Assembly: GCA_002269645.1 (NCBI GenBank)
Contig: NIVC01004862.1
Location: 1 to 32,984 of the forward strand
DNA: 32,984 nucleotides
Origin: Macrostomum lignano
Taxonomy: Eukaryota
Reading direction: 5' to 3'
In this document: piece by piece, positions 9,961 to 21,683 of the stretch
How the letters are laid out: each line of letters starts with the position of its first letter
How positions within the stretch are numbered: position 1 is the stretch's first letter
The notes under the pieces: generated by a model
What the model was told of the DNA's origin: nothing
Databases searched by the model: none
Seen by the model: the letters and a program-made list of their open reading frames with translations, nothing else
Position numbers and translations under genes: made by a program

Positions 9961-11147
9961 CGCTGCATACGGATGCCTCAACTACGCCGGCAAGTGTCCG
10001 CCGGGCACTAGATTTCACCGGTTTCCAGCAGCCAGAGAGCGGTGAGTGGCAGCTCGATAATTCTTAAAAATTATAATAGCGTTTTTACGTTACCACACCC
10101 CTTTTCGTTTTAGATGAAAAGATTGGGCTAAGCGCATCTCCGGAGCTGACCTGCTGGGCAGGAAGAACGAGGCAAAGTAGAAGAATGCGTGCGTCTGCAG
10201 CCAGCACTTCGCTGATGACTGCTCATGACTTTGCGCACGCACCGTTATGAACAAATTAATTACAAGGTTAGCGCAGCAAAGGCTTTCAAAGGCTGTCTTG
10301 AGCTAGACTTTTAAATTCAACTTTGCGTCAAAAAAATGCAGCTACTTATCAGCTTCACAACGTTAGTAGTGCAAGTGCATTTATTTTCGCTTTCATAGAG
10401 AACTGCCGATTCGCCATTCTGTGTCTATTCTGTGGCTTATGGTTCCTCTCAAAAATAGCATACAACACGACTCGCGGTTTAACTGATTGGAGAGCGGGCT
10501 ACTTAATGCTTTGAATACAGCAGTTGCATTACTGGTCAGGGGATTATGCAAACGTTTTAGTGTACGAGTTGTATTGAAAATAGTCCAACAGTAAAATTAA
10601 AAAGTCTGAACTTTTGAGTAGGGATTCTCAGTATGTCTCAAAGTTAATTCACAAAGAGTAATGTTAAAGTTAAATGTAAGTTAACATTAGGTGGCAGAAA
10701 GAAGAAACGGTTTTCTTAAATATAAAAAAGCAAAAGAATGAGAGCTGAAACTAATACAGTGTCGAACTTTTGCTTTTTTGACAAGATCCGAATTTTAATT
10801 TGCGAACCATAATCGTGATTTTTTTAATTTACCTATCATATTTACATGTACAAAAAGTTAGTGGAAAACAGTTTTAAAGAGACTGTTAATGCTTATTAGT
10901 AATTAGGCCAAACTAGCTAGTTCGTAAATAACTTCACATGAGTCGCGGAAGTTTTATGAAAAAAATAAACTTGAAGTTTACGTTTACGTTTTTAGGTTCA
11001 ACAAGTCTGCCCTACCGTAGCTGCCATATAAGTTCATCTATGACTATAGTCATAATAATTGTCATAATAGTTTATTTTTCATGCGTAAAGTGCAGTTCTT
11101 CTCTTACAGGTGGCTTTAATTCTTAATTAGGCTAATGCTTTTTACTC

Positions 11148-11400
11148 GTAGCCTAGATGGGGGATTGAAGCCGGGTGCTTAGAGCGTCGGACTCACGACT
11201 TGAAGGTCGACTTGGAATAATTAGTGTCCTTGAGCAAGACACTTGACTCTGCATTGCCTCAGTTCACTCAGCTGTAAAATGAGTGCCAGAATTAGCTGGG
11301 GTAATTGAGGCTGTGTGTGGTGACTCCCCAGACCTTGGACTGAACAGCCGTACGCAGCCTACAGATAGCTGCAGTAGCTGCGGCTGAGCTGTCGGTGTTA
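11148..11400 (+). mobile_element. CORE-type tRNA-derived SINE, degenerate copy lacking the B box
   Basis: MIR-like CORE GTGTCCTTGAGCAAGACACT...TGCCTCAGTTCACTCAGCTGTAAAATGAG. Colinear with the copy at 14821-15149 but the GGTTCGATTCC segment is deleted. Confidence 0.8.
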
Positions 11401-12252
11401 AATATTGAACTTTGCCGTAGTCTTCTAGGACTCTCACTGTGGCTCTATCTATAACTAACTTTTATTTCCAGTATTAGAGCCATATAGCGGAGGCAACGGA
11501 TTCAACGGAGGTAACTCATTGTTGTTTACCATCGTAATTGTGCTAATCGTTTATTTTTTTATGATGCATATCGGTGAGCTATACTTTCCATTTTTCCATG
11601 CCGGCCAAAAGCATGTTTGGTATTTTTTTACTTTTGCAGAACTCGGGATCCAGGGTTGAAATCAGTAAAATCTTGTGATAGGATAAAGCTCCTAAATCTA
11701 CCTACCAGGCTAACAGGCTATTTGCAGAAAAGGATCCCAGGGAGTCACGTGGGTCAAATGACTCACGAGATAAAGATTAAGGTCAAGATGACTACATGTA
11801 CCCCGAAAAAAAATCTTGACCGCGGCGCTAAAAACGCATCAAGCATAGAGGACATGGCGATGGCAAATAAATGTGCAGTTCACCGATGTCCCCCATAAGT
11901 AACTGTCGTGCTCCGGCCTCCTTCCTAGAGGGAGTCAGTCGCTCAGTGTTTTCAAGTGTCTTCAGGATTGCACAATGAAACTTCAACAAGTCAAAGCTTA
12001 ATTTACTGCGAGTAGTGTTGCAAAAGTCTATAAAAATATTTGTCTCTTTCATCACTAGTATGTTCCACATACTGAAAACATTGATTTCTAGTGTCTTGTA
12101 AGGGACTACTTTTAATTTTGACTGCTTGCAAATTATCATAGAAAATCTGTTAGTAATTTTCGTAGACCAGGCTGAAATACATTTGTCTTGATAAAAGAAC
12201 AAATACTCTAAACTACGTAGTTAAAATGTAATGCTCAATCATAAAACTAATA

Positions 12253-12258
12253 TTTATT
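12253..12258 (-). promoter_or_regulatory. Putative polyadenylation signal of gene 2
   Basis: AATAAA on the minus strand ~190 nt past the stop, in the block shared with gene 1. Confidence 0.5.
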
Positions 12259-12444
12259 GAAACATTAATTATTTCCAAACAAATCCACACAGTCTAGCAA
12301 TTTAAAAATTAAAGCCAGTCAAAAAATTTGTGAACCGAAACCAAAAAAGTAACTCCTGGTTTAACTGCACGGCCTAATGACTTGATATAAGTTTTGAAAT
12401 TACTGTCAAAACTAGCTCGTATTCGCATGGCAGGTGTCCAGAGG

Positions 12445-14121
12445 TTAGGCGATGGTATTTGTCTGAGCTGGAGCAGCCTGTCGGTCCATCTCTGCCACCT
12501 CCTGCTCGCAAAATCTCTGACCGAACAGAGTAGCCGAGATGGCCTGAGTCACTGCCGCATTGAGCTGAAAGACACCCAGAGCCAACACTTCGGCCATTTG
12601 ACGCGAACGCTTCGGGTCGTAGCAGGCATTGTTGGGCCAGAGAGTGTTCTCCAGGTAGTTGCGGCACAGCGGGTCGCAGCCGGTCCGAGAGAAGCACTTG
12701 TTGGCGGCCATTTCAGAATAAACTCGTTTCGGCATGTCACCGTTTCGCATCGCGGTGATGTTGCAACCGCTCTCAACTTGGGGAGTGATGCCGCTCTCCA
12801 CCCAGCACTGGTTGATTCCAGATACTACGACACAGTGTCCGAGCTTGTCATGGTTACTTTGGGCTACATTGTTCGGATAGTAGTATACAAATGCGAAGCA
12901 CATTTCATCTCTGGTGCCTTCGCCATAGAAGATTGAAACGTTGGTTTTTAGTGTGCTGTAATAGCATTCGGTCTTTACTTCGTCACCTTTCCGGTATTCG
13001 ATCGGTGGGTCGAAAGCATGAATCTCCGGTGAGTTGTAATCGTACACTTGAAGAGGAGACAGGTCTTTAATCATAGTTCCGTTTCTCCACAACGAGATGC
13101 GTCCTTTAATGCCATAAGCGTGCATGTGGATGAATGCTGCGGTGATGTAGCGAGTCTCAGTGTGGTACCGGTTCGTGCACACCGAAGGGCACGTGTGGTT
13201 TACGCTGATTAACGGCTGTCGCGGTGGAAGAACGAGATTTATCTCGCCATACATAAGAGTTCCCATGTCGTATGGTCGAAGGTTTTGTGCAAAGTAAAGA
13301 GCAAAGCCAGATGCATCGGTGTAGCCTGAATGTTTCATCGGGTTGTTCCAGTGAAGCTGCAAAACTCCGTACCGAAGGCCATCACCGCCGATTCGGAACC
13401 CCGCGTTGCTGTTGATGCACTCACCTTCAAGTCCGTAGGCCCAGACGTTCATCAACTCGGTGCAGTTTTCAATGAGCATTAAACACGGTTGTGGACTGTT
13501 GAAAAGTGTCTCTGCGGGTTTTGCAGTGCAGGCATACATAATCATGTGGTGCATGACGTTCTTGTTGTCGATGATCGGCCTCGATCCGATCAGGTGAACC
13601 GGAGAGGCAGTGTTGTTCAACTCGAACGCCTGACAGATGTAGGTGGTCTCAGTGGCGGGCACGGCAGTCGGTTTAAGGGTGAAGTTCCTGACGGTCACGT
13701 TGACACTGTCAAGTGCTGGACAGCTGAAGGCCTTCGGACACACGGTCCACGAGTTCTTGCACGTCGCGGAGTCGAGCGGGCAGATGCCAGGGTGGGACAG
13801 TCCAGTCGTTCGCGCTGGAGCCGCACCGACCTTCCACACGCAGTCGGGGTCTCCGAGCTCTTGGCCGTTTTTGAGTCCGTCGCCGTCCGAGTCCTTGCGG
13901 CACAGGTCGATCGTCCACTGGAGCCCGGCCGCCTTGAAGTCCAAGCCGAAGGGGTTTCTCGCATTGGCGCCGGCGGGGCTTTCGTGTCCGACTCCGGCCC
14001 AGATGGCGCCTGGCTGGCACGGGTTCGGGACGCGGTCGCCGTTCGGGATTCGGGACTGGAAAATTTTGTGCGCGTGAGAGCAGCTGAGCAGTGCAGCCAG
14101 GGCCACAGGAAGCAGCAGCAT
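12445..14121 (-). CDS. Gene 2: secreted temptin-domain copper type II monooxygenase, 558 aa, tandem paralog of gene 1
   Basis: Uninterrupted ORF with the same architecture and all Cu ligands (MHHM, LQLHWNNP, IHMH, DEMC). Ends QTNTIA* like gene 1; no TM. Confidence 0.95.
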   Translation of the reverse strand: MLLLPVALAALLSCSHAHKIFQSRIPNGDRVPNPCQPGAIWAGVGHESPAGANARNPFGLDFKAAGLQWTIDLCRKDSDGDGLKNGQELGDPDCVWKVGAAPARTTGLSHPGICPLDSATCKNSWTVCPKAFSCPALDSVNVTVRNFTLKPTAVPATETTYICQAFELNNTASPVHLIGSRPIIDNKNVMHHMIMYACTAKPAETLFNSPQPCLMLIENCTELMNVWAYGLEGECINSNAGFRIGGDGLRYGVLQLHWNNPMKHSGYTDASGFALYFAQNLRPYDMGTLMYGEINLVLPPRQPLISVNHTCPSVCTNRYHTETRYITAAFIHMHAYGIKGRISLWRNGTMIKDLSPLQVYDYNSPEIHAFDPPIEYRKGDEVKTECYYSTLKTNVSIFYGEGTRDEMCFAFVYYYPNNVAQSNHDKLGHCVVVSGINQCWVESGITPQVESGCNITAMRNGDMPKRVYSEMAANKCFSRTGCDPLCRNYLENTLWPNNACYDPKRSRQMAEVLALGVFQLNAAVTQAISATLFGQRFCEQEVAEMDRQAAPAQTNTIA

Positions 14122-14769
14122 TATAATACACTAATTATATTGGTGGTCCTTTTAAGTCTAATAATTCGTAAGGCGTAAGTGTCTTTAAATGGAGGCGATC
14201 GCTTGAGTCTAACTGCTTTCGCTTGAGAAGAAATTAGGGCGCAATGACGAGCAAGCCACGTGGAGACCATAGTTGATTTAAAGGATGCCTACTTTACTCT
14301 AGGCTTGCTGCGTGGGCCTCAGTGTCAAGTGTGTTAACCCCACCCCACTTGCGCCGTCTTCTCCCTCACGCCCTCCCCCGCCGCACGACGGGGGCTTTCA
14401 AGTTGACTTCCCCTTCTCATTGCTGCTTCGTGCTCGCTGCCAGCCGCCGCTTTTTCTTTCTGTCTCTGCTGGTGGGGTTGCGGGTTAATATACAATTAAA
14501 AATTAAGTAGCAACGTGCATTATACATGTAGGTGTCGATCGTCGGTAAGAAGTCGATTATTGGTTCTCCTTATTGCATTTTCTATGTCAATTTCATAAGC
14601 GTTACTAGATTCCACTAATTTGTTTTCTTCTTAATTTAAAACTTTTCCTTACTGTGGATGGAGTGTGCCTTTGTAAATATAATATTTGAATATTACACAA
14701 AGCCGCCTTGCGTTTTCTTCAATTCAAACCATGCTAAATTCAATGAAATGAAAGAACGATCAAATAAGG

Positions 14770-14796
14770 CTAACCCTAACCCTAATAACCCTAACC
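14770..14796. repeat. Short interstitial (TTAGGG)n-type repeat
   Basis: CTAACCCTAACCCTAATAACCCTAACC. Confidence 0.6.
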
Positions 14797-14820
14797 ACTG
14801 ACGCCTCTACCTTGAATTTT

Positions 14821-15149
14821 TAATACTAATAATGATAATAATAATAATAATAATTGATTACGCCTGTTCCCAATTGGGCCAGATGTGCAACCGACAGCTC
14901 AGTCGCAGCTATTGCACAGCACATCTGAAAGCTGCGGCTGAGCTGTTCAGTCCAAGGACTGGGGGATCGCCACACACACCCTCAATCATCCCAACTAATG
15001 CTGGCACCCATTTTACAGCTGGGTGAACTGAAGCAATGCAGAGTTTAGTGTCTTGCTCAAGGACACAAATTGTTCCAGTGGGATCGGGAATCGAACCGCC
15101 GACCTTCAAATCGTGAGTCTGACGCTCTAGCCAGTAGGCTACACTCCCT
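14821..15149 (-). mobile_element. Full-length CORE-type tRNA-derived SINE
   Basis: Pol III A box TAGCCTACTGG (15141-15131), B box GGTTCGATTCC (15097-15087), CORE segment GTGTCCTTGAGCAAGACACT...CAGTTCACCCAGCTGTAAAATGGG, and an (ATT)n 3' tail at 14821-14854. Confidence 0.88.
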
Positions 15150-15239
15150 ATTATATACTAGACAAGTAGAAAGCATATCTTTATAGATCTCAATTTTACA
15201 GAGAGAGTCTTGATTGACTTGAATTTGATGGAGATAATA

Positions 15240-15570
15240 TTGATTGGCAGCATCTATTGAGTCCGTGATTACTTTGAAGTCCGGGCCACAAAAGAAGTCC
15301 ACAGGTGGTTGTCTACTGCTGGTACAGGCCATACATTGTAGTCCTGCAGCGATGGAGACAATCGATCCCGCCGGATAGCGTTCTCCATTTTGTTTGCGAA
15401 CTTCGTAGAAGAATCGCGGCAACAGGTCCCGTAGCTGTTCATGATTCAATTCACTCACCTTATTTGGAAGGTGGGGGAATCTAGCGGTGATCTACAGTAT
15501 GTAGTGAAAACATTACTAGCCAACTTTTCACTCTCTGAAGTACCTTCGACGAATTTCTACATGTGTTGAG
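15240..15570 (-). mobile_element. Crypton-type (DUF3504 / ZMYM-KCTD1-like) tyrosine recombinase fragment
   Basis: LNHEQLRDLLPRFFYEVRKQNGERYPAGSIVSIAAGLQ...DFFCGPDFKVITDSIDA matches the L..F..EVRK.NG..Y...S...I..GLQR...F...LDA pattern. Upstream ASNVFTTYC lies in a shifted frame. Confidence 0.72.
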
Positions 15571-15699
15571 TGCCACGGCATCACTTAACGTCAGTGGCAA
15601 GCCAAAGCGGCTGGAATGAGACACCCCAGATACATCTGAGGTAGCAGTTTCAGATGCGGTAGTCCCTGACGCCTTTTACAAGATCGAAGAAAAACCATG

Positions 15700-17290
15700 A
15701 TGATTACGAAGGTCTCCTGCAGCCAACACGACGTCGATGTCCGTTTGATGCAGCTGATTAAAATTTTCGGGTTTGCACGCTTCAGTAATTGATGTGTGTG
15801 GCCCGAGGTAAGTGAGTCTGGCTCACGTAAAGGCGGAACATATGCTGACAAAATGCTCAGCAGTTTCATCACTTGAGTTGCAGAAACTACAGTTGCACTC
15901 AGGGACTACTCAAACACCGGGACGGGAAACTAGGATTTTTTTACGAGGCTGGTCTATCATCAGCAGTAGAAAATAACCATAGACAACAAAGTAACACAGC
16001 ATCTCTCTAATGAAAATAATTGCCTGCCAGCCTCGTAAAAAAATTTTTGTTTCCCGTCCCGGTGTTTGAGTAGTCCCTGGTTGCACTACAGTGGCGTTGC
16101 CCTGTAAGTACTGGTGCCTGGAGAAGCAGCCGTGACCCAAGAAGGTCATGGTGGCAGCCCGAATGTCTCCTCGCGAGAGGCGCAAGAGGAGCATTCGGAG
16201 CTGGTGAGAGGGCTGGGTGAGCGGTACTGGGTTCTGATCCACGCTTTGATGCGCGAATCAATGACACAGACGGGAATCAGGACAAGGGGTTCGGGCCCGA
16301 GAGAGGAGCCGGAGACGCCAACTTTTGCCAGCTCATTCCCTCGGATCTTCACGTGCCCCAGAACCCACTTAAGGGTAATTTTGTTGGTTAAACCCAACAT
16401 GTTAAGGAGTTTGATACGCCGAGGACTGTAGCAGAATTGACGCTACAGCCACTGATGGCGAGAACTACACTTTGGAAGACACTGGAGTTGACCCCATTAT
16501 ACCGAGGGTGGGTTGCGATGACCCTCCCATTCAGGAAGATTCCAACACTAAAGCTGGTGTTGACTGACTGCTTAGAACCGTCGGTGTAGCAGGTTCTAGT
16601 GATAATTGGTGGTATCGTGTGGGTCGATACCTACGGAGTAGCGTTGTCTCAGATAGAGCGTTGAGTCAATGCCTCGGTGAAGACGCGATAGGCCTGACAC
16701 TCGTTAAGAATATTGAGGCACAGGTCACTACGTTGAACGAGGTTCCGCTTAGCAGGTGCTCTCATGTAGAGGAATTTGACGACGGCATCTAGTAGACGCC
16801 GCGTCGTTCTAGCCGCCTCACCCCTGACGAAGAGGTCGAGAGGCGGTAAATCAAGGAAGGCCCCCATGCTTGCAAAAGGCGTGGACCTAGTGGCGTTGCA
16901 GATAAGCCTACACACTCTACCCTGGATCGTGTTGAGCAACTCTGCATGGGTTTTGACCTGGGTGGCGCTAACACAGGCAACAGAAGCGTACGCAATGGCA
17001 GGTATAACCACAAAAATATAGATCCACCAAAGACGCTTTGGTGATAAACCCCAGGAAGTGCCAAGTGCTCGCCGGAGCTGGGCTAGGATGGCCCGCTTGG
17101 CTTTTGCTTTTACGTGGAAGGACCAGTTTAACCAGATGTTCTAGAATGACCCCGAGGCATCTGGTCTGTTGCATGAAGGCGCTGTCTCTGCCGTATAGCT
17201 GCAGAGGCCCTATGTTTCAGCGTTTTCGACTAGTGAACAATAGTCGAACACAGAACGGAATCCCGATATCAGGAGCCGAGCCGAACCCGC
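15700..17290 (-). mobile_element. 5'-truncated R1/LOA-type LINE with RNase H and CCHC knuckle, copy 1 (decayed)
   Basis: RCLGVILE; GTSWGLSPKRLWWIY; LDLPPLDLFV; CYTDGS; LKWVLGHVKIRGNELA; LSRGDIRAATMTFLGHG. Homologous to 28404-29468. The 3' boundary is approximate. Confidence 0.85.
15900..16079. mobile_element. hAT-family MITE (180 bp) nested in the LINE
   Basis: ~50-bp terminal inverted repeats beginning CAGGGACTACTCAAACACCGGGACGGGAAAC. Perfect 8-bp target duplication GTTGCACT at 15892-15899 and 16080-16087. Confidence 0.92.
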
Positions 17291-18169
17291 AAATATTTCA
17301 TCACATAGGAGGTTAAAACGGAAATTGACTGCAAACAACAAAAATATCACACTGTTCAAGGAAAACTGCTATCCAACACCTTCCTTGCCGACTCAGGAGA
17401 TCTAGCTCTTACATTTCCTAAGCAACCGAGTTACACACACTTAAAATGCAAAAAGAACTAATCCTATCCGACCAAGGGATACCAATAGTGCTTAAGCCTA
17501 TGGATAAAGGTATGTTCTTGAAAGTGGTAAATGGAACCTATCCTTGAGAAGAAGCCATGGAACGGCAAAAGCGAGACATACCGAAGACTTCTAGTGTATC
17601 AGCTCGACTTCTAGCAGCAAAACCAGCATGCCAATACGCGATTTCGGCGAAGAACAATACACCCGAAGAAATCTACTTGGACTTCCTAGACGCAACTGAA
17701 TCAGCAGAATACGAGCCCATCTAACATTTGCCATGGCCTACCGCGAGATTAACTGCCGAAATAAAAAAGAATCATAACTGAATGACCCTCCGTGATAACT
17801 AAAGTCTGATTATTGGGATTATACATTGCATGCGTATATCAACTTAGTCTTAATTAACTTTTATAACCTACGCTCGTAACTACCCATAACTAAATACCCA
17901 CAAGACTTGTTAAAAATAGTTTTTATAAACACATGCTCAAGTTCTTATACCTTTCAACCTTCCATTTTAAATTCGGGACGAATTTTTCGTAAAAAGGAGA
18001 TATTTTAGAGGGTAATTTATTCATAAAATGCTACTGTAAGTAGAGCAACGCAAACACGCGCAGCAAAAATTAAAGTATGAGTCATGACTCATGTTACTAT
18101 TTATAAAGAAGAAATGACTCATGATACTATTTATAACGAAGGGGTGAATCATTATTACCATTTATAGTG

Positions 18170-18600
18170 TAACCAATGAATCAACAACGGGAGGGTTGTA
18201 AGTGTGAATGACTTTCAATGTACTCGTACGGTATAACCAATCAAAATGGAGGGAGTGAGAAAAGGTGGTGTGAGGCGCGGAGGGGGGCAGTTGCGATTGG
18301 CGAAGCATGGGTAATAGTACAGGCGTACAATGAAATAAACAAGCCTTTACTCTTCAAACCACAACTGTCAAAGGGTCAAACTCCTAAAATCTGACCGTTT
18401 CACCTCATCAATTAAACCGGGAAAACCGGTTTACATGAATTTGTGCATAAATACAAGCGTTCTGCGAGACTGGAAAACCGCAGACTCTGAGCAGTCCCAA
18501 AGAAATTGGAACCGTTTGGACACCTCGGGACTACATCTCTAAGAGGAAATATGTTGCCGTTTGGTAAGCCTTCTAAGACGTCTTTGTTATTTCATATTGA
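18170..18600 (+). promoter_or_regulatory. LTR-like promoter module (CCAAT boxes, TATA-like ATAAATACAAG, downstream GGTAAG)
   Basis: CCAAT near 18173 and 18237, ATAAATACAAG at 18447-18457, GGTAAGCCTTC at 18563-18573. Related to the module at 22205-22917. Confidence 0.35.
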
Positions 18601-19473
18601 GAGCTGAGTTATTATCGGCGGTTGTTTAACGATTAATCTTGTCGAATTACGAGTTTAAAGGTGTCCCTATTCCTAAGGGATTGGATAGGATCCACTTAAC
18701 CGATTCCGATACTCTTAGACGTTCGTTGACTTTTGATACCCAGGGGCACACGACTCTGATTCCGTTATTTCTAGAAGAAGACGCCCTTCCTTGGAAGACC
18801 TTATAGTTATTGAGTTGATTAGATATTGTGAGGGCGCATTTCTGATATTGAGTTCCGAGCTCGAGGAATCCTTTAACGCCGATGATTCGAATTGATACGT
18901 TTATTAAAATTGCTCTCACATACAGCCGACTTCAGACTTGACGAAATCCACTCCTGAGGAAAATAAGAAGCCCATGACAGGAACAGCGCGCTACAGGAAT
19001 ACAAGAAGAGGAGCCCGCAAGCCGCAACCGTAAGTGATCACTAAATTCTGTTCCCAGACTTGCGGTCTTGGAAGTGGGAGTTTTCGAGTGACTGATCACC
19101 ACTCCTGAACTCTTCACGATCTCCCGCACGGATATCAAAAACCATGACATAAGATAAGGTTAGAGATCGCCGCCATGCTAGACTCTGCGGAGTATTATCT
19201 TAGAAAATAAGAGCTATACTCAGCACGTGAGTAGTCTAGCTTGCAAAACTTTTTTTTCGATAAGTTCATCTATCTAGAACATTTGTTCATTCACATGCCC
19301 CCAGAGGGCTAACTTTAGGGTTTGGTCAGACTTGTGCATCATTCTTCGTCTCTGTGCATATTTCGAATGTTTTGATTGTGTCATATAAGTAGTGAAAAAC
19401 ATATGATGAGCAATTGTCAGTTTGCGATTTTCTTACTTTCTACTGGTCAAATGGCTGCTTTGAATCAAATATT

Positions 19474-21683
19474 TGATGTAACCGCCCTTGTCGCCTGTCC
19501 GCTCCTATTGAGAGACGAACGCTTGGCTAGAGGGGGCAATGACCGTAGGCTGCCTATGACCGGGCAATGACCTGACGGACCTCCAGCACCAGACTGTCCC
19601 GCCCACATGATTAGTAGCTTTGGTAGCGCTTCGTGACCAGAGGGCCAAGGACCCACATGGACCCCACCTGTAGCCAAGGTGCAATAGTTGGTCACTCGGT
19701 CATGGTATGACCGAGTGGCTGCAACCACTCTATGTGACCTGGCGCACCTGGATCTTTCTACCAGACCTCTCGAGGCTAGAGCCCCGTCTGGAATGGTTAC
19801 CAGGGGATTTAGGCTAACAGGGGAGACGCATGCAGCCGAGTACAGGGACTCTGCTTGGGGCATGATCGGGAACTCTGGGCTCAATCCTGGAGGATTTCTC
19901 AGCAGGGGATCCTTTGTGGCTGTGAGCGAGGCTGACTTGCGACTTTGATTACTAAGAGTAGTATGAGGCGAACATGTACTGTCTCTAGTTTAGATTGCTC
20001 AGGGCGAAGGGACGCGTCAGCATGGGGTTGCAACCTTCCTACTGTCATTCTGTGCCAAGACTCGCTAATCCCTCTACTGCACGCACACGCGGCCCCGCAG
20101 CACGCACTCACAGGCGGGCTTTGCACGGGGAGAGGCCATTAGCTTACCCAAACTTCCTTATGCTTTGCCACCCCGGGAGAAAGGCTTAGCAAGCCATGAG
20201 TTAAATGATGGTGAAAGATCGAATAATGATGAAGTTAGTTAGTAGTTAGTAATTAGGCCTTTAGGCGAATAATTAGGCAATTAGGCGGCTTCACTATTGA
20301 GTAAAATACAGCAAAAGATACGGTATCACAATTGGCTCAGCTCTCTAATCAGACAATGGGAAATAGGCAAACCCCGGATAAGCAAAGACAATTAGAGCAC
20401 AAATTAGTAACAGGAACTTACCGGCAGCTGCACAGAGAGAGAGAGAGAGGCGGAGTGACCGGTGGCGGCTGTAGGCTGCAGTCAGGCAGACAGTGAAGCG
20501 GCGATGCGCTGGAGCGACGAGGCGCTGATGTAGATCAGGCGATGCTGATGATGCTGGGCGGTATCAGACCGCTGGCCGATAGGCGAGCTCACTTGGGGAG
20601 CTAAGGATAACTTGGCGGTAACAGACCGCGGACCGGCAGGGATTCGTCTTAGAGACGAATGGGTCAGAACTCAATCTGACAGCAAGTCCAAAGAAGGACG
20701 AGGAGAGGAAGAGTCTGAGGATTCTCATGCCGAAATCGCTTCCTTTTATACACCTCACAGCCGCCTCCTCAAGGTCGTTACCATGGCTCCCTCTCTCTGA
20801 TTGGCTGCCGGCAGAATGACGTCAGAATGAGTCATGATGAGAAGCATGAGACCGGCATAGCAACATGAGAAATCGGGAAATTGCGCAATCCGGAGGTGGG
20901 GTGGGGGGATAATTGGCGCAGCGGGTGGTCGCGAAAGTATTGCGCAAGCAACCATTGAGAACAATAGGGCTGGGGTCGAGAACAAAGGAATTGGAAAACG
21001 GGGATAATTGGGGAGAACTGAGAACAATGGAAAAGTAAACATTGGAGAAAAGGTGATAATTAGGTGCGAAAACGAGAACAAAAGAAAGAGAAAATCGGAG
21101 AAAATGTGATAATTGGTGGGGGTCGAGAGAACAAAAGAATCAAAAACGAGAACAATAGAAGCGGAGGTGGGGTGGGTGTCGCATGAGAAATTTGGGGAGG
21201 AGAACAATGGCATGAGAAAAGGTTGCGCAAGAGAGGGGGATGAGTCATCGATGAGTCACCGAGGGGGAGAGGGGGTCACACGACTTGCGTCACCGTTTGG
21301 GAGTTTGAGAGGGGATGGGGAGACGGTGAGCACACAAAATACTGTAAGTAGACACAGAGAAAGAGGGGGCAGCGCAGGAAAAGAGTGCAGAGGGAGACAA
21401 AAAGAGGGGGGATAGGGAAAGTACAGGAAGAATAGGGCGGAAAACAGAAGAGATAGGGTAGAGGGGGAGGTACAGAAAGGGGTAGGGGGCTCCGGAAAGG
21501 CAGGTGTGGCGGCAGGGGAGACGGGACCAAGGCAGCAGGAGGGGTGCAGCAGAGCGGGAGTCTCCAGGCCCGGTCGGAGACCTGGCCGAGTCTCGACAGC
21601 TCTGTGCAGAGGGTGCACGGGATAGGAGGCACTTTCGAAAAAGTTCCCATGCCCTATCCCGCGACCAGAGCGTGGTTACATCA
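19474..21683. mobile_element. Candidate solo LTR or non-coding LTR-derived element with purine-rich degenerate repeats
   Basis: Perfect 10-bp inverted termini TGATGTAACC / GGTTACATCA, flanked by TATT and CATT (imperfect 4-bp duplication). Internal (GA)n and a GAGAACAA-rich purine tract at ~20780-21500. No credible ORF. Confidence 0.4.

Noticed and set aside
11828-12202. 124-aa ORF downstream of gene 2
   Set aside because: The homologous flank of gene 1 (4600-4900) does not preserve the frame and no motif is recognisable.
14770-14796. Telomere or chromosome-fusion scar
   Set aside because: Only about four units; such short tracts are common inside invertebrate repeats.
15080-15149. tRNA gene
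   Set aside because: A and B boxes are present, but the sequence continues into a CORE domain and (ATT)n tail, so it is a SINE head.
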